Source: Elsinoe ampelina (taxonomy: Eukaryota). Taken from it: 64,000 nucleotides of DNA. A program made the position numbers and the translations under genes. Of this stretch, positions 45,854 through 58,546 are shown piece by piece. The DNA is taken from the NCBI GenBank assembly GCA_010093995.1, contig ML992506.1, positions 1,355,617-1,419,616 on the forward strand. Reading direction: 5' to 3'. The notes under the pieces are model-generated. The model ran no database searches. It was given only the letters and a program-made list of their open reading frames with translations, and was not told the origin of the DNA. The number at the start of each line of letters is the position of its first letter. The stretch's first letter is position 1.

Positions 45854-48695
45854 TCATTGATCGTCCTCATCATAGGCACCCCAGTATGGCTTGGGACCTT
45901 TAGTGTGATAGCCTCCCCATTGACGAGTCGGAACGCAGCTGGAAAAGCAGGCGCTGACAGTGGTTGTCTCAGTCACAGTGACTGTACCCACAGACACTGT
46001 TGGGCAACCGGTGAGAGACGGCGTGCTGGTCGGTGCTGTTGGGAAGGGAATCGTTGAGTTGAAGGAGTTGGTAGGTACGCTCGATGGACCAGTAGTCAAC
46101 GGGACAGAGGTCGAGTCAAACTCAGTACCAGTACGAGCGCCGCTCGTGGAGCTGAGGTTGAAGCTGCTGCTTGGTGTTGCTGTGGGGATGAATGAGCTGG
46201 AATTGCCCGGGAAAGAAGTGATACCAGTGCCACTCGGGACCGTACCAGTGGGCGAGGTCTCACTCGGTCCTGCGGTAGTCGAATTGCTCGGGAAGGGGAA
46301 AGGAGCAGACTCGGACGAGGCAGTAGACGACGGAGTGATTGGTCCGCTTGGATTCGTGCCGGTCGGCGTGAACGAAGTCGTACTTTCGTCTTCAGTGCCA
46401 GTCCGAGCTCCGGATGTGGTAGTACCATTGAAAGGTCCGGTCGAGGTCGGCGTTGTGGTGGTCTCTGGTGCGGTGGTATTAGGGAACGGCGCAGATCCCG
46501 ACGAAGTGATGCTTGGGAAGTCTGATGATGGTGTGAAGCTGGCACGAGTAGTTACAGTGGAGGATTGTGTGACCGTCACCGTCGAATCAAAGTCGGATTC
46601 GGTCCCTGTACGAGCGCCAGAGGTGCTGGACCCAGAGAAGGTGGACGAAGGCGCTGAAGTCGTGTTTGCAGGCACGAAAGTGGAGCTTGAAGAGATCGCG
46701 CCGGAAGTGATGGTTGAGAAGCCGCCACCATCGCCGCCGCTTGAGCTGCTCGTTGCTCCTCCTGGGTAGACCGTTGTGACGGTGGTCTCGTAAACAGTAG
46801 TGACCGAGCCACCGCTTCCACCTCCACTGCCACCACCAGAAGAAGAGCTGCTCTCGTCGACAATGATGATGATAATCGTCCGTGTGCTGTTAGTGGTCGT
46901 AGTGCCCGTGGAACTCCCGGAAGAGCCGCCGGAAGATGATCCGCCGGAGCCAGAAGATCCACCAGAAGACGACCCTCCAGAGCCAGAGGATCCACCGGCT
47001 GACCCTCCTGAGCTGCTGCCCTCACGAGAATAGGAAGTCACCATGCGGTAAGTCTCAGTGGTGCCGTTGTTGTAGACGTAAGTAATAGTTTCGGTCGTGG
47101 TTGTCGTGTTGCCACTCTGAGTCACGACGGTCTCGTTGCGGACAGTGTAGCCTTCGCCAGAGCCGGTGGTCACGTTAGTAGCGCTACCACCAGCACTTCC
47201 TCCGGAGCCGGAGCCGGAGCTGCTGCCACTCTCGCTTCCGCTACCGATGATGGTCGTGGTACTGGCATATGTCGAGCCACCAGAGGCCCCCCAGGCGGAG
47301 GAATAGCTGGTGTAATATGCGCTGGTCCAGCTTCCGTTGCCAGATACGTAGGTCGATGACTCAGTAGCAGTGTAGAAAGTGCTACCGTCCAAGGTCACCG
47401 CTTCACGGTTGGCAACCACGAGTGGAGCAGGGGTGATATAGGAAACAGTTGTGGCAGTGCCAGTCAGGGCAGCGTCAACAGCATCAGTGGCAGTAGACGA
47501 TGCAAAAGCCACGCGAGCCGCAGCGCCAGACTCATAAACACCAACACTCTCCAAGATGGCGACTGAACCACCCTCGGCGATGATCTCAAGATTCGTGCTC
47601 TGTTTGAAGAAACAGTTTGCGGAACCATCGTCTGAAGGGCCAGAGAAGGAGACACCTTGGCAGGCGGCAGCATTGTTGGCTTCGTTGGCGATCGAGCAAG
47701 CAGATATACAGTCGGTGAAAGTGGCATAAGTTCGCTCTGCAACATTGTCGTCAAGGAAGTCGATGCCGCAAGCAACACTGTAGATGTAGTTTCTCCCGTT
47801 GATGAGTTGAGTCTGAGTGGTGTTGCCGCTGGCGGGGCATGTAATCGGAATAGACGTGGGCGTTGCTTCGACGATGTCAGATGCCGTGGTGGTCGTGCTA
47901 GCAAGTCGTACAGTCTCGACAATTGTCTGGGTGGTCACTTGAGTAGGGACGACGATGGTCGATGTGACATCTGGACGTTCGATGGCCTGCACAGAGCGGG
48001 TCACGTACTAGATGAATGTCAGCCTGATTCAAGTTATCGCCGAGCTTGTTACTGACCACGGGAAGGTTTGTGTATGTTTGAGTGGTTGTCCTTGCAAGTC
48101 CAAATCGACAATTCAGGCAGTAGCTCGAAACGGCACTGTCCACGTCGATACCATCACTGCCGCCGGATACCTGGCGCACACGGAGCATCATCTCCGCAGC
48201 TTCCGCATCGCGCTCAACCAAGGAGTGTGCAGCGTTGCGCCTGTTCAAGGCTCCAGCAGTCGTTGTGGTCGAGACTGTCACTGTGCTGTATGGTGTGACG
48301 CGGGTGACGACACCATTTGGAAGTGTTCTTGTGGTGTATACCTCGGAAATGGTTCTAATCGATTAGCCATGCTCTCACTTCGCAATCGAATTGTGCGCTT
48401 ACACTGTAGGAGTATATTCCACGTAGTTGACAATGGGTTGGATGTCCAGGAAGTCGGAGCAGAAAGCATCGATCTTGCTGTATGTACTAAGAATGTCGTA
48501 ATAGTCGTCTTGAACACATTGATCCTGTCTCGGCTTCAAAGATTTGGGATTGAGAACTCTGTCAATAAGAGCGAACACTTTGGCCTTGACGGTATCCTTG
48601 TTCGGTGTTGCATCACGACGGACTGGATGGGCAATTCTTGCCTCTGTAATGAGTGCTGAACTGGCAATGACCAGGTTTAGAATGAATGTCTTCAT
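45854..48695 (-). CDS. Large secreted Ser/Thr/Gly-rich glycoprotein with a PAN/apple-like Cys domain
   Basis: Signal peptide MKTFILNLVIASSALITEA. Two introns (about 48358-48402 and 48008-48057) join three ORFs. CGIDF...FTDCISACS...CQGVSF...CFFK pattern, GS-rich repeats and many N-x-S/T sites. Confidence 0.85.
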
Positions 48696-49654
48696 CTTGA
48701 CGATGTTCGAATGAGTGTGCGCCTCTTAACTCGGCTGTGTTGATGGATGACTTGCGTCTTGGGGAGATGCTGGATATACTTTATAGAGAGGTATACGGGC
48801 CAAGATAGAGAGAAAGGACGCCTCCAAGCGGACTCGGTCGCGTACCTTGCTCCAGAGGAGGCGAGAAAAGATCGCCAGAAGACGCGACTGCCACACCAAT
48901 CCGAGACTGGAGAATACCATGACTGGAGCTAGCAGATTTGGAATATGGATTGACGAACCTAAATCTTACCTTTACCAGCCCTTACCCATTCTTACCCTTC
49001 GGAAGGTACTCAATTAGGCTGGCGAGGAAGCCGTTGGGGCCAAGGAGAGGTGAGGAGTCGCATTCCGGGAGATTGTTGGTATGAAGATAGTCCTCTTGGT
49101 CGATTCTCCTTGCGTGCCATAATCGCATTTTGCTGGAAACAGGTGAGAAACGTCTAAGATTCGAGGATCATCGATGTTCATGGCGGAATGCTGTGGAGTG
49201 ACCTCTTTGAGCTTCACACTTTGTACCTCCTGGTACTGCTGCCGTCAAGGCATGTGATGGGCTCATGCATCGGATCTGCCGAACAAAGGCTGCTCAATGT
49301 ATACTTCGCATCGAGTCATCCATCGTTTCATGCCTCAAGATCTCGCAGGTCGTGAGCGGCCCAGCTCGATGGCCGTGATGTATTCCTGAAATGGAGGTCG
49401 AAGGAGAGGACGTCTGTCGAAGGAGTAATTTTGGAGAGCGGGCTTGGCAATGTCAGGGCCCGTCACTCCCGCCTCTGCCGTCTCCCGCGAAACGAACCAC
49501 ACATGATGCTCCTCGCATTGCCAACTTCCCCTGACCTTTCTTGCATAAAATTACAGGTGACCAAAGCGCTCACGCAGACCACATTGTCCTTCTCGAGGCC
49601 CGATTCTCACAATTATGCCACCACATCGATAACATCCATTCACCATCTTCAGCC

Positions 49655-50544
49655 ATGGGTGCCTGTCTTTCATGTCTGGGTCTCTCACAGCGAGCGACTG
49701 ACGAAGAGGTATTGCCCTCCAGCCCGATCCCTTGCCGCTACCTTCCACCTCTCTGAGCCCTTCGATACCCCTTTTGGACATTCCAGGCCATTGGCAAGCG
49801 TGTGCTGACATCCCTTCGAAGCCGTCCGAGTCGGAGAGGTTACTTTACGACGAGACAAGTACCGTGCGACCTGGCTATGGCGCAACAGAGGCGGGTCCTC
49901 ACGTACCTGCGCCTGACCCGGAGGAGATTCGACGACACCGAGAGATGCTAGAGCGTATATGCGCGGAGACGGCCAAGTATGAGAAGGAAACGCTGCCACT
50001 ATGCGCCAAGGCTAATGATAGCAGCAACCTCATCGATGTACAGCACACGAATCTACTGACTCTGAGAGGCAAGCCCTCCGCCGAGTTCACAACTCTTCTG
50101 AATACACATTTCGCCGCACCGGAACAGTACCAATCACCCCAGCAGCCTTCAGTACCAACCACTCCGAACCCAAATACTCACACCGATGATCCTCCCGAAC
50201 CACCCTCCCCTTTCACCCAAGCCCAGATCCAGGCGGCGCAGCAAAAGAACGGCACTTTCAGCCCCCGAACATTTCAAGAGGATACCACGGACTTGACCTC
50301 CAGCTACCACTCGGCACAACAGACGCCAACCAAATCAGCTGTCGCGAAGCCACGAGATCAGCAGGAACCACATCATGACGAGGACGAAGACGCTGCAGAG
50401 GAAGCATGGCTAAGATCGATCACGAATAATGGCACCGACATCAACTGGGACGAGATCAAGGCTCCTCAAACAGGCTTGGTCGTGGACCTCGACGATGTTC
50501 CAGCGGCCCCGGAGAGCATGCGAAGCGTCAGCAACACCAGATGA
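49655..50544 (+). CDS. LAMTOR1: Ragulator/EGO complex anchor subunit (LAMTOR1/Ego1/Meh1-like)
   Basis: MGACLSCLG myristoylation/palmitoylation motif, acidic dileucine signal ESERLL and LAMTOR-like LERIC..T..NLIDV. Introns 49709-49820 and 49977-50024. Confidence 0.75.
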
Positions 50545-51344
50545 CGTGACTTCTGAACGCCATCTCACGTGGCTATTTCAATTACATGCTCATGGGCGAC
50601 TGGCGTGGTTGGGCGGGGGCGGAATGTGACACGGTAAACACGGAATGTGGAAGCTGACAGTGGGCGGGAGTGGTCGAACAGGCGTACACGGCGACAAAGG
50701 ATATGGGAAAAAAGATAGAGAGATACCCGGAGCTTGCAGTGACAAGTTTCAAACTACATAGATGTTTCCTTGAATCAATGTTTCTACCAACTATTCGCGT
50801 GTAGCGTCTCGTCATATAAAAGCTGCTTAGTCACGCATCTCCCCGCCACGGCGAGATTCCAGCCTGTCCACCGATACCTCAGCACTACCACCCCAACAGC
50901 ATCAATTCATCTGGAATCTCGACTTATTTCCCTGTTACTGCCTACTGTAGATCCTCTCCCAGAGACATCATGCCCCCTCGCCTCAGTAACGCTTTGCACC
51001 AATGACCTCCCCACGTGCCAAGTTCCCGCACTGCACTCGCTACCATCAGCCTTCATGACCACTCTTTCTTGCACACTTCAACTGGCGTATTGTTCTCTCG
51101 TGCATGTTACCAAGCCTGGGCAGGTAAGTAATCCGCCGTCCCTGCAGCATCTGCGCGCCCATCGGGCTATTTCTACCACCGACGTCAGCACCTGCTTGTG
51201 CCAAAGTGGTGCGGTCAAGGTGTCGTGGACCCTGATTTACTATCTGTGAATCGGGCAAAGAGAGAAGGTTGTGGGTATGAGGGGATCATGTGAAGACGGG
51301 CGGGGGGAGCATCAGCGAGGATACAAGAAGAAGAGATGCTGCTG

Positions 51345-52462
51345 GACAGCGTCAATAGTGGACGTGTGGCGAAACGATGGCTTCTTTCCCGACGGCAGAT
51401 CCTCGAACTTCAACGGCAGGACGCAGGGTGGTAGTAATGCCGACAATGTCCTCGCTGATGCGTATGTGAAAGGTGTCAGAGGCCAGATCGACTGGGATGA
51501 TGCATATGAGGCCATAAGGATGGACGCTGAACAAGTACCAGTGAACAACAATGATCCGATTGCGCCGGAAGCATCGACCAAGGAAGGGCGAGGCGCGCTA
51601 CCGGACTGGCAGGCGAGGCCGAGACGTATCTCAATCGGTCACGCAATTGGAGGAACCACTAAAACCCAGAGGAAGAGAGTCTAGGGTTCAAGGGATTCGT
51701 GGTACCGCGGAGAGCAGATGGGACATTCGAGGCGCCCTACGATGCTCTCCAATGTGGCGGGTGCTACTGGAGAGATCCATACTACTAGGGTCTGGATTGG
51801 GAATACAGCTTCAATGCTCACCATGTAGGTTTGTAGATCTCAAGGACACAACCAAAGACTGACAACCACAGGACATGGCAAAGATGATTGAATGGTCGGG
51901 CGGACCAGAGACGTTCACTCGACGCCACGAGACCCTGTTCCAGCCAGGCATCAAACCAGGGAATGAAGGCTTCAACAATACCATCTTGAACCCCACCAAC
52001 GAACCCTCTTTCACCTCACCTTACCTTTTCAACTATGTGAAGCGACAAGACCTCAGCGTCAAGTGCAGCCGCAACATAGCCAAAAGCTACTACAACACCG
52101 GGGTGCAAGGCCTACCAGACAACTCTGACGCCGACGCCATGCAGACGTGGATTTTATGGAACATGATCGGCCTGCACCCCATGACGGGGCAGACGACGTT
52201 CCTCATCGGCAGCCCATGATTCGCGGATCTGGCGATCGACTTGGGTGGCGGGAAGAGGCTGCAAATCACGTCGAGTGGCGGTGACCAGGTGGATGGATAC
52301 TATGTGCAGAGCCTCAGGGTGAACGGACGGGAATGGGATAGAGAGTGGATCACATGGGAGGACGTGTTTGCCGCGGGCGGTACGCTGGGGTTCATGCTGG
52401 GGAGTGAACCGGAGAATTGAACGACGGGGGTGGTACCGCCTAGTCCGGCTTCAGGAGCGTGA
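51345..52462 (+). pseudogene. Glycoside hydrolase family 92 (alpha-1,2-mannosidase) pseudogene, C-terminal part only
   Basis: PDGRSSNFNGRTQGGSNADNVLADAYVKG, KEGRGALPDW, NEPSFTSPYL and GLP.NSDA.AMQTW motifs. No recognisable N-terminal half, an internal deletion/frameshift at about 51611, and premature stops at 51660, 51786, 52217 and 52418. Confidence 0.9.
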
Positions 52463-53691
52463 GCTTGATCTTGATCCTCTGTTGCGAGATGTTGTATGCA
52501 TGCAGATGGCCGTTTGAACGTGGCGAGACAGGAGGATGTGTGGAAGTTGGGGCTAATGAGGAAGTGGTGGTACTTACCCTGAGGCGCTTGTACGAACAAC
52601 CCTGACAGGATCTCTCCGTTGTCTGAAGGAGCTCAGAATATAATTACATGTCGCACAATGCAGATAGGGGTCAGTTGGAGAGTTTGGAGACGAGTGTGCA
52701 TCGACGTTTCACGCGACGATGAGTGAAGATCTGGAGCCCGCGGAGGTGGCGGGTGCAATGGAGGGGTCGCATAACATTGAACGCGATGTTGACTGTGCGC
52801 GTGAGCCCTTGAGGTGTTTCCGTGGTTGACAGGAAGCGAATTGAAAAGAAGCACATGCTCGTTTTCCCCGCCGCATCCGAGGCAGATGATGATCATGATC
52901 GGTGTGATTCTCCACTACTGCAGCCACTGAATCAAGCAATCCCACGTCCCGAATGCAGAGATGAGCTAGAAGTCGATCGACGAGGTACATGGCGAAGATG
53001 CGTTCGTATCTTCGACCTCACTTGACGGCCAGCTGAGCAGAAAATAGCTCGGACAAGCTCCAAACAAGTCCCCATCGCGTCGGCTGGCCGGTCTGGAACA
53101 TGTTTGCCTCCTGAACACCGGCTGCCCACAACAAAAGGCTGCGAACATGGGACAAAGGGTCCGCGCTGCCCAGCCACACCCGGCCTTTGTGGTGCCAAAG
53201 ATGTATCACATGGGGAGGAACAGCGGGCCTGTGCAGTCTTCCAGGAGTGGGTTGACTCTGTCTGATGTCGAGAAAAAAGGCCCAGATTTACCCAAGACCA
53301 AGAGTCTCAGCGTGTCAGCCGCGTGCTTCCAAGAGAACCTTACCGTCTTTGCACAAGACCTTCATACTCCACCACGGTCCACATGAGCTTCTGACCGCTC
53401 CTCGTCTTATCTTGGTACGCCCGCGAGGCTCAGCCTGACCTATCCATGATCCCAGCCGTTGGCTGAAAGGAGTCGCCTCTTGTATATCTTTAATCCTGGT
53501 GCCATCCCCGGACTGCCTCATATCACAGGACCCGCTCCACCACCACTGGTCTCCACCATTCACGCCTTGTTTGCGTATTGCATGGTGCATTCTATCTTCT
53601 TGTACCTTTGGCTTTCCTGCATATAAACGCATCCCTCGACGGCGACGTCGTACGACTCCTCCGTCCCTAATCGACTCCGCCGTCTGTCAAC

Positions 53692-56503
53692 ATGTCGGCT
53701 CCAGCAACCGTCACCGCGACCCTCATCCAGACCGTCACGAGGAATGCCACATCCTCCGCGCCCACAGCCACAAGTACGGACAGAGCTCCTGACCAGGGTG
53801 GTATCATTGACGGTCTAAACCCCACACACTTCAATCCAAAGGATCCCATTGTTCTCTTCATCATCCAGGTACGCCCATGCCCGCCCGCCAACCCATACCG
53901 TCGAGTGTCCCTATACTGACTTCTACCTCAAGGCCACCCTAATCATCGCCTTCTGTCGACTCCTACAATGGCCCCTCTCCAAGATCAAGCAACCGCGTGT
54001 CATCGCCGAAGTCATTGGCGGCATCGTCCTCGGTCCCTCCATCATGGGCCGCATCCCCGGCTTCACGGCAGCCATCTTCCCCACCGCAGCCATGCCAAAC
54101 TTGACGCTGGTCGCCAACCTTGGTCTGACACTCTTTCTGTTCATCGTAGGATTGGAGGTGGATCTGCGGTTTCTCGCCAGCAATTGGAGAATCGCATTGT
54201 CGGTGTCGGCGTTGGGAATGATACTGCCTTTTGGTATGGGTGTGGCTATTGCATACGGTCTATACCATGAGTTTGCCGATGAACCGAACATTGTGCCGAT
54301 TTCGTTTGGCATTTTCGCGCTCTTCATTGGTATTGCCATGGCTATTACGGTATGTTGGACAGAAAGAGCACCGGAATGGAACAAATGCTGACATACACAG
54401 GCCTTCCCCGTTCTCTGCCGTATCTTGACAGAACTGGACCTTCTTCAGACGCCCGTCGGTGTCATCACTCTGGCCGCTGGTGTCGGCAACGATGTTGTTG
54501 GCTGGATCCTGCTCGCCCTCTGCGTCGCTCTGGTCAATGCTGGTAGCGGCCTCACGGCTCTCTACATCCTTCTAGCCACAGTCGGATTCATTCTCTTCGT
54601 CGTCTACGCAGTCCGACCCGCCTTCATGTGGGTCCTCCGCCGCACTCGATCATTCGAAGACGGTCCTTCCCAAGGTGTCATTGCTCTCACCATCCTGATC
54701 GCACTCGCTTGTGCTTTCTTCACCGCCATCATTGGTGTCCACGCCATTTTCGGTGCTTTCGTTGCTGGTCTGATCATGCCTCACGAGGGTGGTTTCGCCA
54801 TCAAGGTCACTGAGAAGATTGAGGATCTGGTCGGTGCAGTCCTTCTGCCTCTCTTCTTTACCCTGTCGGGTCTCAACACCAACTTGGGTCTGCTGGATAA
54901 TGGCATTACCTGGGCCTATGTCATCGGTGTCATTGCAGTCGCTTTTGTCGCCAAGTTTGTTGGTGGCACTGTCGCTGCTCGTGCCAACGGACTGTTGTGG
55001 CGCGAGTCCTCCACCATTGGAGCGCTCATGTCCTGCAAGGGTCTCGTTGAGTTGATTGTCTTGGTAAGTCAATTGTGAACAGACCTATTGAATGAGCACT
55101 AACACTCGCAGAACATTGGTCTCCAGGCTCGCATCCTGAGCACCCGTACCTTCACCATCTTCGTTGTTATGGCCTTGGTTACCACCTTCGCCACTACTCC
55201 GCTCACCTCCTGGTTGTACCCACCATGGTACCAGAAGAAGGTCGCTGCGTGGAAGCGCGGCGAGATCGACTGGGACGGCAATGCCATGGCATCATCCGAT
55301 GGCAGCGTCGACAGCATCGCCATTGCCAAGGAGGACGCCAGGGCACAAAGCCTGCTTGTCTACCTCCGTCTGGACAACATGCCATCACTCCTCGCGTTCG
55401 TTTCTCTCTTCGGCGGCAAGGGCCCGTCTGTGAACAAGGTCCATCCCTCGCAAGCTGGAGATGAGAAGAACTCCTCGCCGACCGAGCCACACACTCGCCC
55501 AGTCGAGGTTCATGGTCTTCGCCTTATTGAACTCACTGATCGTGGCTCCTCCGTCATGAAGGTGTCCGAAGTAGACGAGTACACCGTCCACGATCCCGTC
55601 ATTAACACTTTCCGCACTGTCGGTCGTCTCAACAATCTCGCCGTCTCCGGTGAAGTGGCAATTGGCCCAGAGACCTCATACGCGGACATGCTTACTTCGA
55701 AGGCATCAAACGAAGATTCCGACCTGCTCCTTCTCCCCTGGTCCGAGACCGGTGGCATGCACGAACTCCAGCTCATCTCCAACGACTCAGAACAACAAAA
55801 GCTCGCATCGTCCGTCTATTCTGCATTTGCTCAGCGTGCCCTCGACCTCGCAGTCTGCACTACCGCCGTCTTCGTCGACCGCGGCTTCGGCGGTGGCCCA
55901 CTCAAGACCCGGCCCAGTATGAAGCGTACTGTTTCCTCCCTCTCCCTGCGGTCAAACCGCGACAACGTCACCGTCCCTGCCTCAGACAGGGGCCACCACA
56001 TCTTCGTCCCCTTCTTTGGCGGAGCAGATGGCCGCGCCGCTCTCCGTCTTGCGCTTCAGATGGCCGAAAACCCCTACGTCACAGCCACCATCGTCTTCTT
56101 CGAGAATACCTCCTCCGTCTCAGAAGTCACCGAGTCGGCTCCCAACACACCCATGCCACAGAGCCCGACCAAGGCTACCCGCGTCACCATCGCACCTGCC
56201 ACGAGAGAAAAGGACGCTGGATTCTTCGCCGCCGTCTCCAAGTCCGTCAAGGCCGAGCTCGTAGGCCGTGTCATGTTCGAAACGGTACCGGGTGAGAAGC
56301 CAGTCGAGAGTGCCGTAGAGCGTGCAAGGTCTGAGGTTGGCAACAACCCGAGGAACGGCGGCGATTTGATCGTGCTGGGCCGCAACAAGGGCTGGTTCGG
56401 AGGTGATTTGAACAAGGTCGGCACATTGGGTGCTGTGACGAACAAGTTGGTCGAGGCTGGGGTGAAGGGCAGTCTGTGCGTTGTGCAGGCCAGGAAGGAA
56501 TAA
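53692..56503 (+). CDS. KHA1: K+/H+ antiporter (CPA2 family)
   Basis: QPRVIAEVIGGIVLGPS, AITAFPVLCRILTEL, AGVGNDVVGW and MSCKGLVELIVLNIG motifs. Introns about 53869-53932, 54349-54400 and 55064-55110. Confidence 0.93.
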
Positions 56504-56644
56504 GTCGTCGTTTGGAAACGAGGAGTTTCTTGGATTTGATTTATTTGGGAGGGAAATACCACTCTGCATATCGAGAGACATTCATGATCAATGTATTTGC
56601 TACATCTACCACCACCTCATCCCCTTCCCAGTCAGTCCCGCGAC

Positions 56645-57648
56645 TCAATCCCTACTCGTCAAAGGCAACACCCTTCTCACCACCCCTTCCACCCCCTCCA
56701 CTCCCTCCCTCGACGCCGTCCTAAACGCAGAACTACTCCCATCCCCCAACTCCATCCCCACCTCGTCCCCTATCCCCTCCTGCTCCTCCCTCCTCCTCCA
56801 CCTCTCCTCCCTCTCCCCCCTCTTCCTCCCCACCCACTCCCTGAAATTCCACACCCCCCCGGCCACAAACACCCCACACCACAACCCCAACTCGACCCCA
56901 TAGATCACGATCCCAAGCACCTCGATGTCCTCCCGGAAACAAATCGACAGTATCGCCGTAAGATCCCCCAGCGCATCGAGGGCGCAGAACAGGAACGACA
57001 CGCCGCGGACCGTGCGGTGGAGGTACATGTCCCAGTAATGGCGGAGGACGCCGGCGGCGAGGAGGGCGGCGGCGAGGACGGCCATTAGGGTCGTGGGCCA
57101 GGTGAGGGAGCGACGGGTGGAGAGGCGGAGGAGGTGGGTGAGGGCGTATTCTGTGGAGCCGAGGAGGAGGGCGAGGAGGAGGGTGGAGAGGAGGCATTTT
57201 CGCTTGGGCCATTTCTTCGCGAGGGTAAGGGTTGTGCTGCGGGAGGGCGTGGGGGAGAGGATTGGGAAGGGGAAGGGGGAGAGGGGAGGAGGAAAGAGGA
57301 GGACGAGGGATGGGGGGGAGGACTTACGTGGTTGTAGTAGTACACTTGTCCCCATGTCACGAGCGAGAGGGAAGTGAGGATTTGTGCTTGGATCTGCAGG
57401 GCGATGGAGAGGGAGGAGACGATGTTGTAGACTCCCAGGGGAACGCCGGCGAGGGCCCAGAGGAGCATCATGCTGGGTTGGAGGCCGGTGGCGTTGTGGC
57501 GGCGGTAGTTGAGGAGGATTTGGGGGAGGAGTTGGATGGACCAGCATACCTTTTTTTTTCTTTGCGTGAGATGGGGGAAGAGAGAGCTTACCGGGGGACT
57601 TACTGCGCTGGTGGTGCCGAGGATGGTGGCTGCTGTGGGATTGTTCAT
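56645..57648 (-). CDS. PQ-loop repeat membrane protein
   Basis: MNNPTAATILGT...VCWSIQLLPQILLNYRRHNATGLQPSMMLLWA (PQ-loop) and a second repeat YWDMYLHRTVRGVSFLF..LDALG. Two introns. Confidence 0.85.
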
Positions 57649-57992
57649 GGTTGGTGAGGGATATGGTGGTTGTGGTTCATGGTTGTGCACGATGCTATAT
57701 AGTTGCCATGTCACGTGCCAAGTCGAATTGGATAGCAACTTGTGAAGCGGAAGCGGTTGACTACGACGGCAGAGATGGAAGTGGGTCGAGCGATACGAGC
57801 CCTTCCGTCTGATGATGCTGGATCAAGGGGACCGTTTGAGGCTGGCTGCAAATCCGTTGGGTACAAGGGTGCTTATTCGTGGTGCTCGGATGGATCGAGT
57901 TCTTGGTCTCTTCCGCAAGGTCATGTCAATTCCTCAGGCAAATGCATTATTCACAGCACCCGCCGGTCGAGTTGATGAAGCTGCATGCCAGA

Positions 57993-58050
57993 ACGCGAAA
58001 AGCAAGCCACGACCCAAATGGGGCTAAAGTGGTTTTCTGAGCTCACGCGT
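57993..58050. promoter_or_regulatory. MCB-like cell-cycle boxes upstream of CAC2
   Basis: ACGCGAAA at 57993-58000 and ACGCGT at 58045-58050, consistent with G1/S expression of CAF-1. Confidence 0.4.
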
Positions 58051-58546
58051 CGGAGCGTAGAAAAGAGGCGTCTCAATCCTCAATCTGCGATTGGTCCATG
58101 CCAGGATACCACCGGGGCTGCTGTCCCTCACGAAGGGGAAGCTTTCGATCGAGCTGCAATGAATCGTGACAGGGAGGGTGTATTGCTTTTTGACTGGCGG
58201 GATTTCACCCAGCCTGGCCTGTGCCTGTCAGTGCCAAAACGTAAAGTCAAGTCAAGTGGGACCAACCTGGACCTCGCTCTCGGTGCGGCTGTTCGTCGTG
58301 AGTTCAGCCAATAACCAATGCTTGCCAGTGTGACCCGCTGGAAGCTCACCCTGCAACAACTGAAGGTCAAACGTCTGTGACCTCGTCCAACAGCAGCACC
58401 TCTTGCCCTGACGCCTTCAATTTCAGCCGACTGCCCTGGTAGACTACACAAATCACTCATCTGTCAAATTCCAATTCTACACGATAATCGACAACCTCGA
58501 GACTCCACCAATTGCATCCGCGTCCCCCGTGGGATGAAGCTCCATC

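Noticed and set aside
51660..52420. Premature stops at Trp positions as A-to-I editing or readthrough-rescued codons
   Set aside because: The locus also lacks its N-terminal half, has an internal deletion with frameshift and shows substitutions in conserved motifs. Ordinary pseudogenisation explains it.
7416..57648. Functional cluster of vacuolar/ion-homeostasis genes (MAM3, KCH1, LAMTOR1, KHA1, PQ-loop) or chromatin genes (HP1, CAC2)
   Set aside because: The genes are interspersed with unrelated housekeeping genes over 50 kb, with no shared motif or biosynthetic backbone gene. Chance is sufficient.
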